The position numbers were made by a program, and so were the translations under genes. Below, piece after piece: positions 27,563-42,320 of a stretch of 64,000 nt of DNA. The stretch lies in assembly GCA_951406725.2 (NCBI GenBank), contig OX597818.1, positions 24,366,001 to 24,430,000 of the forward strand. Reading direction: 5' to 3'. How positions within the stretch are numbered: position 1 is the first letter of the stretch; every line of letters starts with the position of its first letter. The DNA is from Octopus vulgaris (Eukaryota). Below the pieces are notes generated by a model. It had not been told where the DNA came from. It made no database searches and saw only the letters and a program-made list of their open reading frames with translations.

Positions 27563-28854
27563 CGAGGGGTGTTCAATAAGTAATGCCCTTGACCCACTTC
27601 CCATAGCAGTAGAGCAACGAAACTTGGCACAGTTATTAGACTTTTTTTACATAGGAACCACCCAGAGTTACGCATTTCTCCCATTGTTTGATGCAGCTCT
27701 GGAGACCGTTTTTGTAGAAGACCCCAGCTTGGTCCTCCAACCACGACGTGACTTCAGAAATCATGGCTGCATCATCTGGGAAACGCTTTCCTTTCAAAAA
27801 CAACTTCATGGCTGGGAAGAGGTGAAAATCAGAGGGTGAAAGGTCAGGAGAGTAGGGGGATGGGGGTGGAGTTCATAGCCGCACGCCTGTGCTTCTGATC
27901 TGGCAACACGCAAGTTGTGGACCGGAGCATTGTCTTGAAGGAGAAGGATGCCTTTGCTGATCTTGCCCCGCCTTCTTGATTTTGATAGCTTCTCTTAATT
28001 TCCTCAAAAGTGAAGCATAATAGGCTCCTGTAATTGTGGTATCCTTTGCCAGGAAATCTGTCATCACTACTCCGTCCTGGTCCCAGAAGACTGTGAGCAT
28101 GACCTTGCCTGTGGAGGGCTGCACCCTTGCCTTCTTTGGAGGAGGTGAGTCACAGTGCTTCCACTGCATTGACTGGGCTTTGGTCTCTGGATCATAGTGA
28201 TGGACCCAGGTTTCATCCAGTGTAATCAGTCTTTTGAAAAATTTTGACTCATCTTCTTGGCACATCTCCAAATTCATCCTCGAGCACTCGACGCGTTCTT
28301 GCTTCTGGAAAGGTGTGAGCAACCTGGGAATCCATCTGGCAGACACCTTTTGCATATGCAAATGGTCATGAATGATAGTTTCCACAGATCCGGTACTAAT
28401 CTTAACCTCATGGGCTATTAGGCGAATAGTTATGCGTCGATCCTCCAAAATGGCAGCCTCAACTTGACGGACAGATGCCTCATCAATGGCAGAAGGGGGC
28501 GACCAGATCTGGGAGCTGTTTCCACAGAGTTCTGACCATGTTTGAATTCACAATGCCAGCGTTTTACAAGGTCATATGATGGGGCATCATCACCATAAGT
28601 TACTTTCATTTCATCAAAAGTCTCCCGTGGTGTGCGTCCTTTCAAATACAAAAACCGGATCACTGCTCGACACTCAACAGGCTCCATTTCACACTTGACT
28701 CAGTTCAAACACCTGTAAATCAGAAACCACAATTAATTCAGAGCTGTAATTTGCCACTTAATCTATAGAGATATAAATAATTGCACATGCAAAATTTCAG
28801 CTAGATCAAACAACTGCAAGTGGGTCAGAGGCATTACTTATTGAACGTCCCTCG
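27563..28854 (-). mobile_element. Full-length mariner transposon (~1.29 kb) with a frameshifted transposase
   Basis: ~37-bp TIRs cgagggg/acgttcaataagtaatgcc..tgacccactt and TA TSDs at 27561-62 and 28855-56. ORF pieces MEPVECRAVIRFL, SARWIPRLL, LITLDETWVHHYDPE, KVMLTVFWD and PYSPDLSPSDFHLF. Confidence 0.95.
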
Positions 28855-29288
28855 TAAGTATGTAAAAATTTTGAAATAAAGGTTAAAAAATAATAAATCT
28901 ATATTAAGTTTCAACGTGTACTGTTTACCAATGGTTACACTGAATAAACTTTAACTCTTAACAAGAAAAAAACTGTTGAGAAACTTTCCTTTTCAATCCA
29001 ATGAAAAGTGATAATTGAAAGTGAGCAAAAATGTTTAATTCTCTATCTCATATAAATAAGCAATATTTATAGATAATTATATCAACTGTTTCTCATCTGC
29101 AAATTAAAGAATTAATTAATTTCTAATTAAATTAAGATTGTTCAAAGAACGCATCTTTGCAGAGACAATCATTTCACTACGTTTCTCTTAAACACAAACA
29201 TGTTTATGCTTTATATTTTCAATTAAGGTATTAATTAATTTATGATTAAGCTAAGTTTGTTCAACAAAGATTGTACACATTACATTGC

Positions 29289-29323
<35 letters not shown>

Positions 29324-29599
29324 TAAACTCAAACACTGTTTTCACTCTGTTGTGATGTATTAACAAAGCTATGACAAAATCACTCCAAAAATACCCAACA
29401 TCTTTATCTCTGAAATTATTTGAATAATGTTATAAACAAACATTAGGCAAATATACCAAAATTTATTTACATAGATTGCTTAGATTTATGAGCTAAAGTC
29501 TGAAAATTTTTACAGTATAAGCAGCTACTGCTTCAAAGTACTTGATAGATGTAGAATCCAATTAGGAGACAACTCACCAGATTGACCTCAGCAATGACT

Positions 29600-31730
29600 A
29601 ACACAAACTAAAGAACTTCCCTGAAATTGATTGGGAAAGCTTTCATTGGCCATGAAGAGCAGATGATTTTTTTTGATATAGTGCTGGATTCAAACTGGTC
29701 CCAAGTGATCACCTCTCCACAAGAGGTAACAACACATTGGACCTGCTCTTTATTACCATTCCTGAAACTTATCAGTGACACAACCATGAAACCTTTAGGT
29801 AACTCTGATCATGCTATGATTATTGCCAATTTATCACTTATGGGCAGAAACAAGAAGCGCTACCACTTACAAACCACTCACTTTGGCTGGAACAAAGCAG
29901 ACTGGAACTGTTACTGTGATGAGTTACAACATCCAGACTGGTCTGAATTTTATGATTCTGGAGACATCAATACTGTTTCAAAACATCCTCAGTGCAATCT
30001 GGGTTACAAGTGAAGTATCAGTACCACTCAAATGCTCTAAAAATCTCAAAAGTGCAACTTGGAAGACTGCATCAGTTCAACTTGCCAGGAAAGACTGTTG
30101 TGATGCTGAACAGGAATGTAGACTACATAGAACAGATGAGAATAGAAAGTACAATAGATCATCCAACCATCTTAAGCAAGTGACAAAAAAGGAAATGCTT
30201 GAGTTTGAACAATGTATAGCAACCAGCCCTAACAGCAAAATGTTCTGGAAATATATATGTTCAAAGTAGAAACCTCACTCTCTAGTTGGCCCTCTTTACA
30301 ATCCCCACACAGGTTGGATCACTGATGATCCTAAAGAATGTGCTGAACTTATTGCTGAATGCTATGCTGGCATTTTTACTGCTGAAAATCCAAATGTGCC
30401 TTCTTCACCAAATCTGACATAAAATTCTATAACAACTGTTAAATTTACACCCACAATGCTTTGACACCACCTCGAGAATGGTGTTACTTATCTGCTTCTC
30501 AAACATAGCGGGTTCTTTCTATTGCACCAGTTTTCATTCTTCTTTCAATTCTGCCTTAATAACTATGTCATTCAAGAGCAGTGGAAAATTGCCAGTATTA
30601 TTCCCCTGTTCAAAAAGGGTGATCACACATCACCTGTCAACTATCATCCAGTCAGCCTTACTAGCTGCATCACCAAGCTGATGGAGTCCTATGTCAGAGG
30701 AACACTCTGGAACTTCTGGAGCTCTCACAGCCTTAGCTGATCTGACCCCCACTATTTGGATTTATCCCTAGCTCCAGCTGCTGTAGCCAACTCATCAAGC
30801 TTCTTGAGGACATCACCCAAATTACTGATGGCCACTCATGGGTGGATGTTATATATCTTGACTTTTACTAAAGCCTTCAATTCTATGCCACACAAACAAC
30901 TCATGGTAAAACTCTTTGCAATGGGTGTGAAAAATGATCTCTATAACTGGCTGAAGTCCTTCATTCTTGGCTGAAAAGAGTTAGTCACAGTTCTAGATCA
31001 TCATTCTTCACCCTACAAGATGACATCTGGTGTATGAAATGACAACAGGATCCATACTTGGATCCATACTGTCTGTTGCATATACTAACAACATAGATGC
31101 AAACTTGAAGAATGTTAGTGTTGAAATATGCAGAAGACATCAAGCTGTACCTTGAGATAAGAAGAACAGATCCTGTACATTATAGATCTTCCTTGCATTC
31201 AGACCGGGACACAATGCAGCAATGAATTACTGACTGGCAACTCAAGCTAGCTGTGGACAAGTGCATCACCATGCACTTTGGGAGGAAAAACCCAGCTTTT
31301 ACATACTCCCTCAACAATCTTAAAAAGTCTGCTTGTGAGTGTGACCTGGGTATTATTGCAAACAGCAATCTGCACTGGACAAACCACATTTCTAAGATTG
31401 TTAAGAAGGCTGAGGGTGTCTTAGGATCACTCAGTAAGATCTTTGTCAGCCCGTCTCCTGTTATCTATGACTATGGTACATCCTTACTTAGTTTGCATCA
31501 CCAGTCTGGAACCCCTATCTTGCTCGGCATATCAATCTCCTGGAAATTGTTCAGAAATGTGCAACCAAATGAATATCCAGCATCAGGCATCTACCATACT
31601 CTGAACACCTTGCTTCCCTGAGCATGGACACATTAAAGCTCCAACATTTGGCAACTGACTTGGCAGATACCCACAAGATTTTGGGGGTTTTTTTGAGTTG
31701 TAGTGCACCTGAGCACTGTATACAACAATT
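29600..31730 (+). mobile_element. Decayed CR1-group LINE (APE end to RT)
   Basis: LGNSDHAMI, WKIASIIPLFKKGD..NYHPVSLTSCITKLME, LDFTKAFNSMPH, KYAEDIKLY and DLGIIANSNLHWTNHI. Confidence 0.88.
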
Positions 31731-33531
31731 TCATTATATTATAATATTATATAGTACTCTCTTTTTACTTCCCTGTTATATTCTGTCTGACTTCATCCAA
31801 GTTGTATGAATATGAATGCATCCATTGAATAAACAGTTTTATCATACATTATTTATGTAAATCATGAAATATGGTTATGTTAATCTCTAGCATAGTATCA
31901 ATGAAATGGTGAGATTATATTCTGAGTGGTTTTAAAGAAACATACCAAATTAAATAGTGCTAGAACAATTGTCCATGATTTCGCAATAATTTTAAAATCA
32001 AAGATTATGTATAGATTTTTAATACTTTCTCCACCCATTCAGTATTGGACCTACTAATACAAAATACTTAAGAAATTAGAATTATCATAAGATAAATTAA
32101 AATAGTCAGACAATGATTTAGCCTGCAGTGTATCTTGATATAAGATATTTTAGCAGGTTATAAATGTGTACTGTGATACAGGTAAAATTCACACACACAA
32201 AAAAGTAATAATATTAAATTGATAAGAAAATCAGTATATTTTGGAGTATTAGATTTTAGAATTTTCTTTTGAATATTTTCTATTTTGAACCACTGCAAAA
32301 GTTTTCTTATAAACCTTTAGACAGTACAATTATTGTAATTCTTCTGTTGATCTTTGCAATGCTTTTGATTGATTCCATTCAGCTATTTCCCAATTCATAT
32401 CACACAGCTGGCAATGTTAGTTTGATACACAGAAACTATTGAATGGTACACAGTCAAAAGATGATTATAAAGAATGAGGTGAACAAAACCAATGAACTGT
32501 TCAATATTGACATATGAGCACATCAACAGAGAAAATATTAAGTGGTATCACACCTTTTCAAACAGCTGCTGTAAACTATTTACTTTTATACCTCCCCTAC
32601 ACAACTATCTAGAAAGACAAACAGCTAAGAGTCTCTCATCACATACTGAGACACTTATAGCTGGCTTCTAATAACTTCAATGAGCTATGTGAGGAATAAC
32701 AAAAGATTCATTATATAAACTCAGCAAATATCTCCATCAGTAGTTTTATCCTAATCAACTTTGAAGTACTGCAGAACACATTCTTCCAGAAAGTGTATTC
32801 TAAAGAGGCAAGCTCATAGATGAGACTATTACTGAAGTACTTCATAAATATTGTAACAAATGATTACAAGGTTTTAAAGTTTTGGCAAGCAAGACTTACA
32901 ATATTTAAAATTAATTGAAAACTCAAAGAAAATAATCCTCTCATGAGATTAAAACTAAGGTAAGTTCAAGTAGCAATACAGAAATTTGTGGGGTGGTTAG
33001 TGTTAGAAAGAGCATCCAGCCATAAAAACTATGCTAAAACAGACAGTGAAACTTGGTGCAGTCTTCTATCTAGCCAGCTCCTGTCAAACCAACCATCCAA
33101 CCCATGCCAGCATGGAAAACGGATGTTAAATGATGAGGATGATAATTTTATCAGGTGACAAAGTTAACTTTTTGACACAACAGTTTTTAATAATTGGATG
33201 TTATTGCATCAAACTCATAAACACACACACACATATATACACACACACATGTATGTGTGTGTGCCTAAAACAAGCTTCCACAGTTTCCAACTGCCAAATT
33301 CCATTCAAATGGTATTGGTCTACTGGAGAGTATTGTAAAACACACTTGCCCAAGGTGCTACAATGGGATCGACCCCCAGAACCATTTGGTTGCAAAGCAA
33401 ACACTTATGCCTGAGCATTATGCAATAAAATGTTTTATTTATGAACCTGGCAATTGAATTGTTTTCATAGGTATAGAAATTCAAAATTAAATTACTTATT
33501 TTAGAAAGAACTATCATTGAATATATATATA

Positions 33532-33711
33532 GGCGTAGGAGTGGCTGTGTGGTAAGTATAGGCGTAGGAGTGGCTGTGTGGTAAGTAGCTTGCTTACAAA
33601 CCACATGGTTCTGGGTTCAGTCGCAGTATCTTCTACTATAGCCCCAGGCCGACCAAAGCCTTGTGAGTGGATTTGGTAGATGGAAACTGAAAGAAGCCCG
33701 TCGTATATATG

Positions 33712-33742
<31 letters not shown>

Positions 33743-33950
33743 AAATGTTTGTGTGTCTGTGTTTGTCCCCCCAACATCGCTTGACAACCGATGCTGGTGT
33801 GTTTGCGTCCCTGTAACTTAGCAGTTCGGCAAAAGAGACCAATAGAATAAGTACTAGGCTTACAAAGAATAAGTCCTGGGGTTGATTTGCTCAACTAAAG
33901 GCGATGCTCCAGCATGGCCACAGTCAAATGACTGAAACAAGTCAAGAGAG
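33532..33950 (+). mobile_element. tRNA-derived SINE with a tandemly duplicated 29-bp head
   Basis: tataggcgtaggagtggctgtgtggtaag occurs twice; same family as 12300-12690. Confidence 0.85.
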
Positions 33951-34379
33951 TAAAAGTTATATATATATATATATATACACAGACACATATATATGCACAT
34001 ATATATATACATATATATGCACATATATATACATATATAACCATATATATATACATACATACATATATATATATACATACATATATATATATATACATAC
34101 ATACATATATATATATATATAAGATAAGAATTTCAGACAAATTAGTTTGTAATTCTGTAAAGTTTCAGCTTTGGAACCAAGTGGAGCAACATAACTCAGC
34201 TTAATCAGTCATATCTCTAAAGTTAATAGAATAAGTGATATATAACTAATTCATCAATAAAATTGATAAAATGATGAAAAATTGGATCGGTATATTACAT
34301 TCTGATTAAAAACAAAATAGAAGACATTCATGTTTTATGAGGATGTGAATGAATGCTTCTCTAATTGCACGAAAACATA

Positions 34380-35576
34380 CCGTAAAAACCCGTGTAATTT
34401 GCACGCCTGTGTAATTTATGCATGTGATTTTCAGGATAAAAATTGTTAAAAAAAGCTTCTGCTCAGATAAAATTCACACCCAAAAGTTTTTAGAATTCCC
34501 AATATAGCCAGGGGAAAAAAGTTTTCAGTTGAGTTATATTTAGCATAATTTCACTTACTTATGATTAGATTTTATTAAATTTTCATTAAATAATAATTTC
34601 TGTTTAACAGGTATCACATTGAAAGCTATTAAATTACAAAGTGTTTGTGTTTATAATAAACTTTATTTTACATTTCTTGCTTACAAGAGATTACATTCAA
34701 ACTTTAGCATACTGTTGTATGTCTTCTCAAATCACAATCACAGGAAAAGTTGTTGATAAGAATTACCAACAAAACAAAGCTGAGAAATACACACAGGTGT
34801 TGCAAATTAAGTTTAATTACCAATAAACATCAACTTGGATTACACTTTACTCAACCGACAGAGGAAGGTGACTGATCAAACTGATTATGTAAACAGAATT
34901 CTTTTCCACCTATTCTTGTCAGAACCTTTGGTATGGAGTATCGAAATTTTAATCCCTTTCACACTTAGAAAATGTCAAGCAAACTTTAAAATTTGCTATT
35001 ATTGCTATTGTCAGTATGGGCAGAATTTATGAATCATTTACTGTGAAGGGGAAACATGACAATAGAGCCAATGTTTGTAATTGGCGTAAACAGTATAACA
35101 AACTTAAAACTGTGCCTAGTAATGAACAGACAAAAATAAAAACATATAATCAAGATTATCCATATCATTACATTTTTTTCAATCAGGAATATCCATATCA
35201 TTATGTGTCAATAGTGCTCCATTGTGGTAGGTAGAAACTCCAAGCAATGTAAAATATGGCCCAGACTGTGTTTACTAGCATGAATGTCAGACTTCAAAAA
35301 GTAGTTAACCATTTAATGGTTTTAGTAAATTTATAGAGAAAAAGTAAGCATTATACCATCCAGCATAAATAAACTCAACTTCATTATATTTAAGCCATTA
35401 TTTTTTTCTGTAAAACCTTTTCTGACATTAAATGAGTCAACTTCCAGTACATCTTTTTTCAACAAAAAAATTCAAAAACAAATTCTGGAAACAATCTATT
35501 CATGTAATTTACACACCCACTAAAGTTTATTCTTATTTTTGCAAAAGCAGTGCATAAATTACATGGGGTTTTACGG
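34380..35576 (+). mobile_element. Internally deleted pogo/Tc2-like DNA transposon (~1.2 kb)
   Basis: TIRs ccgtaaaaacccgtgtaattt and aaattacatggggttttacgg with TA TSDs. Remnant Brinker-type HTH peptide GKHDNRA-NVCNWRKQ at ~35050-35095. Confidence 0.75.
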
Positions 35577-35746
35577 TAATTGAAATGGATACTAATAATT
35601 ACTTTCTTTCCAAGAATATCTTGCAACTGATCCTCTCCAGTTATAAGCAACAAACAGTTGCAATCCCTTGAAATAACAAATACTCAGACTCACAAACTCC
35701 AACAAAGTTTCTAGGTGATTCCATATGGCTACACTTGAACACATTA

Positions 35747-36300
35747 AGTGTTGGGTCTTACAGAGGCAAAGTGGCTGAGTTCCTTTCAAGCATTGAGCCC
35801 CACGGAGGCAAAGTGGCTGAGTTTCTTTCAAGCATTGGGTCCCACGGAAGCAAAGTGGCCAAGTTCCTTTTGAGCATTGGGCCTCATGGAGGCAAAGCAG
35901 TTGAGTTCCTTTAAAGTGTTGGGCCCCACAGAGGCCAAGTGGTTGAGTTCCTTTCAAGCGTTGGGCCTCACAGAGGCAAAGTGGCTAAGTTCTTTTCGAG
36001 TGTTGGGCCTCACAGAGGCAATGATTGAGACCTTTGGCATTACGTCGTACTTGAGAAGAAGACCAATCAAGCCGAACAAAATTACAGTTATGACAGATAC
36101 GAGTTTCACGCAAATGGCACCGATGCCAGTGACACATAAAAGCACCCATTACACTCTTGGAATGGTTGACATTAGGAAGGGCATCCAGCTGTAGAAAGCC
36201 ATGCCAAATCAGACTGGGGTCTGGTGCAGCCTTCCAGATTGCCACTCTGATCAGTCCAACCCATCAGCAGGACAACAGACGTACGATGATAATGATGATG
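35747..36300 (+). repeat. 42-bp tandem array (~6.5 copies) within an RTE 3' UTR fragment
   Basis: Unit ttgggcctcacagaggcaaagtggctgagttcctttcaagca recurs at 35751, 35793, 35835, 35877, 35919, 35961 and 36003, followed by an RTE-type tail. Confidence 0.88.
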
Positions 36301-37067
36301 CAAGTGCTCATTTTGAATCTTGCTGTCCACCATATATATAACAGTATATTAGTGGTTGGCAGTTATCAGCATGGATCAGTGAACAGTTTGTTCACCAAAA
36401 CATAAACAAGACTGGTGTCTCAGAATCGCCTGTACTAATGAATCAAGTTATGAACATATATTTGTCATAGAAGCTATTCTCTTGTGATGAAAACAACAGT
36501 GATAAGTATATTCACATTCAAAGCTGCCAGAACATATTAAAAATGAATATACTAGTCATTGTTTTGATTCTCACTCTTTGCTCTGCATATAACAATTTAT
36601 TATATATCTGTCTATCTATACATAAACACACACACAATGTAATGTAACGTAATACACATGCAAAATGCACTAGGATGTATAAATATCACTTTATTCTTAC
36701 ACAGTCATGTTTTGATTGCCAAGTCAATTTCACCAATGAAGAAAAGGAGGTGTCTGTCTGTAGCACTCTTTCAAATACACAAATACGCATTTAGGCTACT
36801 ACACCTCTTAGCATTGAGGTAGCAGGTCATTATTTTAATAACCACAATTACCAACCGGAAATTTAACCCTTTAGTTAAATGTAATGTATACTAATTCACA
36901 TTTTCAACTAACCATTTATCATCTTGTAGCATTGAGATTTTGATGATGTGATTGTATATATTCAAAATGACATTGTAGGGTAAGTGTGAAAGACAGGATC
37001 TGGCCAGTTTGAACATAAAACAGGTAGAATATTTGGGCCAGATATGGCTGGATTAAATATTACAGAT

Positions 37068-37190
37068 AACTAGAAAAGCACTCAGAGGGTACAGACCTCT
37101 GCCAAGCAGCTCATTTCCACTCATATGCCTGCATGCTGAAAATTTCCCAAACCAATGCCAGCAAAAACATAACCTCCTTGGCTGGGGTAA
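37068..37190. mobile_element. Short Helentron/HINE-like non-autonomous element
   Basis: actagaaaagcactcagag...acctctgccaag ... aaaacataacctccttggctggggtaa, with a subterminal inverted repeat. Confidence 0.5.
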
Positions 37191-37304
37191 AAAAAAAAAA
37201 TAATGCAGCCATACGATTTTTAAAAAAAAACTTTAAAAACGGGAATCATCTGAAGCAGTTATAATATATCCCCGATATCAACAAAGTGGGTTGTGTCCCT
37301 TTGG

Positions 37305-37890
37305 TTATCGATCGCCAGTGGCCCTGCTATCTCGTGGGTTCCAATAGGCTAGCAGGAATTTCCTGAAATGCAAGCATGGTCCAAAGACCTCCGATCTTGA
37401 GTTCAGGATGTTCCCTGGGTTGAGGGAGTCCTTTAGGATCCTTGCCTGTTCAGCTATGCATAATTTACAGTGGTTGGTCCCATTAATGTAGGGTCCTGGA
37501 TTCTCTAGGATTCTCCATGATATTGTGTATGGAATCCTGTTATCTATTAGCTGCCATACATGGCTGGCTAATGACATGACAAATCTCCTTTCTAGTATCC
37601 TGAAGGAGGATCTGTGGTTGGAGAGGCATTGTTTGAACACATTCATGGAACAGCCAATGTATTTCCATGGTTGGGTTTTGGCAGTGGTATGTCTATTGGT
37701 GTTGGCTTTGCTGCCACCACTGTTGCTGGGACTGGTGGTGTTGGTGCTAGTGGTGTTGGCGTTGGTGGTGTTGGTGCTGCTGGTAATGGTTTCATTGGAG
37801 GTGGTAATGGTGTTGGTGCCACCAATTTAAATCAGGAGCTCTCAACCACTTTTTATTTATGGACGTCTTTCATTCTGATGGACCTTCATA
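37305..37890 (-). mobile_element. Penelope-like GIY-YIG endonuclease remnant
   Basis: WKYIGCSMNVFKQCLSNHRSSF, LASHVWQL, HCKLCIAE and LNSRSEVFGPCLH. Confidence 0.85.
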
Positions 37891-39164
37891 GCCATTCAAT
37901 GTTTAAAACTAGTTTTGCAGAAACTTCTTTCAAAATTCTTATTTTGTTTTTCACACATTAACTTATGCAGACTGAACTACATAAAATGTTACAGAAAGAA
38001 ACCTAGCTGTATCTTGCAGTACATACCAATACATAAGTCTAAAGTAAAAGTTTTTCAGGGACCCTTAAAATACTATAGTGGATCCCCAATTTACTATTTT
38101 GTGGACTGTCAAAAATCTTTTATGGACCCTCAGGGGCCATATGGATCCCAGTTGAGAACCACTGATTTAAATGGACAAGGAACAGATAGAACATACACTT
38201 CAGCAAGTAACTGGCCATTTTATTGGGTTTCCTGATGAGCAAATACTGATAGAAGATTATCATGCCCATAATTCTAGGAAAAAAAAATCATTTTCCAATG
38301 ATTATATTTCTATAAAGCTAAAAAAGGATTTCAATTTCAGTAAGCATCAAATCAGATTTCATAAGGTGAGTTTATTAAAGAAGTACAGTCAGATAGTTAT
38401 TTTCATAGCCATTTTAGACAGAATGGCTAAGTTATAGTTTAACCTAGTGCAAAAGAAAAATGTAAAAATAGAATGCATTAGATATTCACTAGAAATAAAT
38501 CAACAAAATTATCATCATAGCACCTAATTTCCCTATCATCATTATATTTCATGAATAAGAAAATCAAACTAGACAGAAAATGTTGAAGGAACTAATTAAT
38601 AAACAAACCATATGAGCAACAAAAATATTACATCTTTTCACATGACATCTTCATTACGTTAGTATTCTTCTTATTAATACTTAAAGAAGTAGATAATCTC
38701 TTCGTAAAATTCAACTTTTTCAAAGTTAATTGTTTTGCTCCCAAAATAGAATGAGTTGAATAATCAGATAAGCTACAGTGTTACCATACTTGTAAGATAG
38801 TTACAGAGAGGAATTTGTTTTCTTTTATTTAGCAAATTTATCACCTATATTGTTACTAATGTAACTATATAGCTGATAAATTAAATACTATTTTGATAGG
38901 TGAATTTCACTTAATGAACATTATATTGAACATTATTAGATACATTTCAGCAATAATTATCCAAAAAGAATTTGCAAGATTTCTATGGCTGTGTGGTAAG
39001 AAGTTAACTTCCCAACCACATGATTTCCGGTTCAGTCGCACTGCATGGCACCTTGCGCAAGTGTCTTCTCCTATAGTCTCAGGCCCATTAAAGCCATGTA
39101 AGTAAACAGAAACTGAAAGAAACCTGTTGTGTGTATGTATATATATATATATATATATATATAG

Positions 39165-41252
39165 TGAGACAGTTGTAATAAAAGTATTTGGTCAAAATTA
39201 AGCCATTGCACTTTGCCTTCGTCAACCTGGAGAAAGTTTTCAACAGAATTCCCCGCTCGTTTCTTTGGTGGTCTCTAAGGAAGCTAGGAGTAGAGGAGTG
39301 GCTTGTTAGAGCAGTTCAAGCCATGTACAGCAATGCTGTCAGTAAGGTGAATTTAAAACTGGATGCCCATGGGAACTGCTATATGCTGATGATCTTGCTC
39401 TTATTGCAGAATCTGAAGCAGAATTGGAGAAGTTCCAGGTTTGGAAGCAAAACCTGGAATCAACAGACCTTAAAGTCAACTTAGCTATGACTAAAGTTGT
39501 TATTAGTGAGAAAGGAGATAAGACTTTCATTCTGGCTGGGTAATGGCCCGGTTCAATATTCAGGAAAGGAGTGGGATGTAATTCCATTTGCTGCACCAAG
39601 TGCAAGCTGTGGACGCATAAGAGATGCAATGGAATCGTGGGAAGGTTATCAGATATGGTCACTTTCATGTGGCAGATGTGCAGGAACATAAGTACTAAGA
39701 GCACAAGGGACTTAAACTCTCTCAAATGCCCAAGAGGATCTCTTGAGGTAGTACATAGTTTCTGCTATTTAGGTGACTGAATTAGTAATGGTGGTGGATG
39801 CTCTGAAAGTATTGTTTCTAGAATAAGAATAGGGTGGAGGAAGTTCAGAGAACTACTACCTCTGTTGGCAGCAAAAGGACACACAGAGTGAAAGGTAGAT
39901 TGTATGATGCTTGTGTGAGAAAGGTTATGTTACATGGCAGTGAGACATGGGCTCTGATTGTGGAGGACATGTGTAGGCTGCAGAAGAATGAAAGTAGTAT
40001 GCTCTGTTGGATTTGCAACATCAGTGTGCATGACCAACAAAGCACAACTGTGTTAAGAGAAAAGTTAAGCATAAGAGGGATTAAATATGGTATGCAGGAG
40101 AGGAGAATGCATTGGTTTGGACATGTGATGCATATGAGTGATGACAGCTATATACAGAAGTGCCTATCGCTAAAAATGGATGGTACCTGTGGAAGAGGGA
40201 GACACAGGGAGACATGAGATGAAGTGGTGAGGACTGATCTTAGGATGTTGGGGCTCATGGAGGAAATGACTGTGGACCGAGATGTTTGGAAATTTGAAGT
40301 TCTAGAGAAGACCTTTCCATGAAGCAGTGCTAGAAGAATTGTGCCCCACCCACTCTACCCTAAGAAATTGTACAACAACTACTCTTCTAATTGCATCTTT
40401 CTCATCCTCACATTTCCTCTTCATAAATTATGATTATTTTCCAATCCCCTTTCTTACTCTCACTGCCCTGCTTACTGTATCACTGCACCCACACCTATTT
40501 TTCTAACACTACACCATCTCTATTCTACTCTCTCTTACACTTTTACTGTTTCATACTCTCTCTTTCCTTTTGGTCACTCTCCCTTTTTGTTTTTCCTCTG
40601 ACTAGGTAACCAAGTATCTCCTTTACATCAGCACACTTGTTTCTGGCCTATTTTGTACCTCTCACTCTCTGTCTTCTCCCCCTCTCTCTCTCTCTCTCTC
40701 TCTCTCACTGGGTAACCATGTACCTCCTCTATAGCAAGATGCCTCTTTCTGCTTTTCTATTCCCTGTTACACTCTAACCTTTCATCATTTGATACTGGAT
40801 CACTTCCTCTAATGCCCCCTCTGTCATGGCAAGACACCTGCTTCTGTCTCTCTATCTCTTTTTCACACTCTAACTTTTCATCCTTTGATACAAGTTACCC
40901 TCCTCAAATGCTCTGCCCCTCTCACAATTCCTTGTCTTGTGAGTTACTTGATTACCATGCCAATGCTGGTGCCACATTAAAAGCATCCAATGCACACTGT
41001 AATGTGGTTGGCATTTGGAAGGGCATCAGCTGTAAAAATCATACCAAAATGAACCTCAGCTGTGCTAGTTCCACATGAAAAGCACTGAGTCCACTCTGCA
41101 GCGTGGTTGGTGTTAAGAAGAGCATCCAGCAGTAAAATCCCTGCCAAAACAGACACAGTAGCCATGGGTAGGTTTTCTAAGTAGCCGGCTCCTGTCAACC
41201 ATCCTACCCATGCATGCATGGAAGATGGAAGTTAAATAATGATGATGATGAT
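39165..41252 (+). mobile_element. Decayed RTE LINE, RT to 3' tail
   Basis: PLHFAFVNLEKVFNRIPR, LLYADDL and KGRLYDACVRKVMLHGSETW; (ATG)n tail. Confidence 0.9.
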
Positions 41253-41257
41253 ATCAT

Positions 41258-41830
41258 TATCATCATCATCATCATTTAACGTCCATTTTCCATGCTGGTA
41301 TGGGTTGGACGGTTTGACTGGGGACTAGCAAGCCAGTTGGCAGCACCAGGCTCCAGTCTAATCTGGCAAGGTTTCTACAGCTGGATGCTCTTCCTAATGC
41401 CAGCCACTCCGAGAGTGTAGTGGGCGCTCTTTATCTGCCACCTGCACAGGAGCCAGTCAGGCAGCACTGGCATTGACCATGTTTGGATGGTGCTTTTTAC
41501 ATTCCACTGGCACAGGAGTCAGTCGGGGGGCACGGCATTGACCACGTTCGGATGGTGCTTTTTAAATGCTACCAGTACGAGGAGCCAGTCAAGCGGAACT
41601 GGTATCAACTCACACTTGAATGATGCTTATTATATACCACCAGCTTGGGTGCCAGTCAGGTGGCACTGGTATCAACCACAACTACGATTTCCATTTTGAT
41701 TTTGGTTTTGCTTTTACTTGGACTCAATAGGTCTTCTCAAGTGTAGCGTATCACCCAACAATTCAAGGGTACTTCTAAATTGGCTGGTTATGCAACACTG
41801 GTATCGGCTATGGCTGTGATCTCACTTTAC
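41258..41830 (-). mobile_element. RTE 3' UTR fragment, tail-to-tail with the preceding copy
   Basis: (CAT)n-ttaacgtcc..ccatgctgg.atgggttggacgg is the reverse complement of the RTE tail. Confidence 0.75.
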
Positions 41831-42114
41831 TTGCCGGGTCGGCTGTGTGTTAAGAAGCTTGCTTCACAACCACATGGTTCTGGGATCAGTCCTACTGTGT
41901 AACACCTTGGACAAGGGTCTTCTACTATAGCCTTGGGCCGACCAAAGCCTTGTGAGTGGATTTTGTAGATGGAAACTGAAAAAAACCTGTCATACTGTAA
42001 AGTGGTTACCAAAACTGACCTGGTAAGCTAGTGAGCTGCACCAGACTCTGGTCTGATTTGGCATGGTTTCTACAGCTGGATACCCTTCCTAAAGCCAACC
42101 ACTTTACAGAGTGT

Positions 42115-42320
42115 GCTGGGTGCTTTTACACGGCACTGCACAGGTGCATTTACATGGTATCACATGGGTGCTTTTACATGGCACTGCACAGGCACTTCTA
42201 TGTGGTACCACACAGGTGCTTTTACATGGCATCAAATGGGCACTTCTACATGTCACTGCACAGGCACTTTTACGTGACACCATACAGGTGCTTCTAAGTG
42301 GCACTGCCCTGAGTGCTTTA
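42115..42320. repeat. 24-bp minisatellite (~8 copies) in an RTE tail-related sequence
   Basis: Repeated unit gtgcttttacatggcactgcacag. Confidence 0.8.

Noticed and set aside
35747-36020. CRISPR-like array
   Set aside because: The tandem units are contiguous with no unique spacers, the context is eukaryotic and there are no cas genes.
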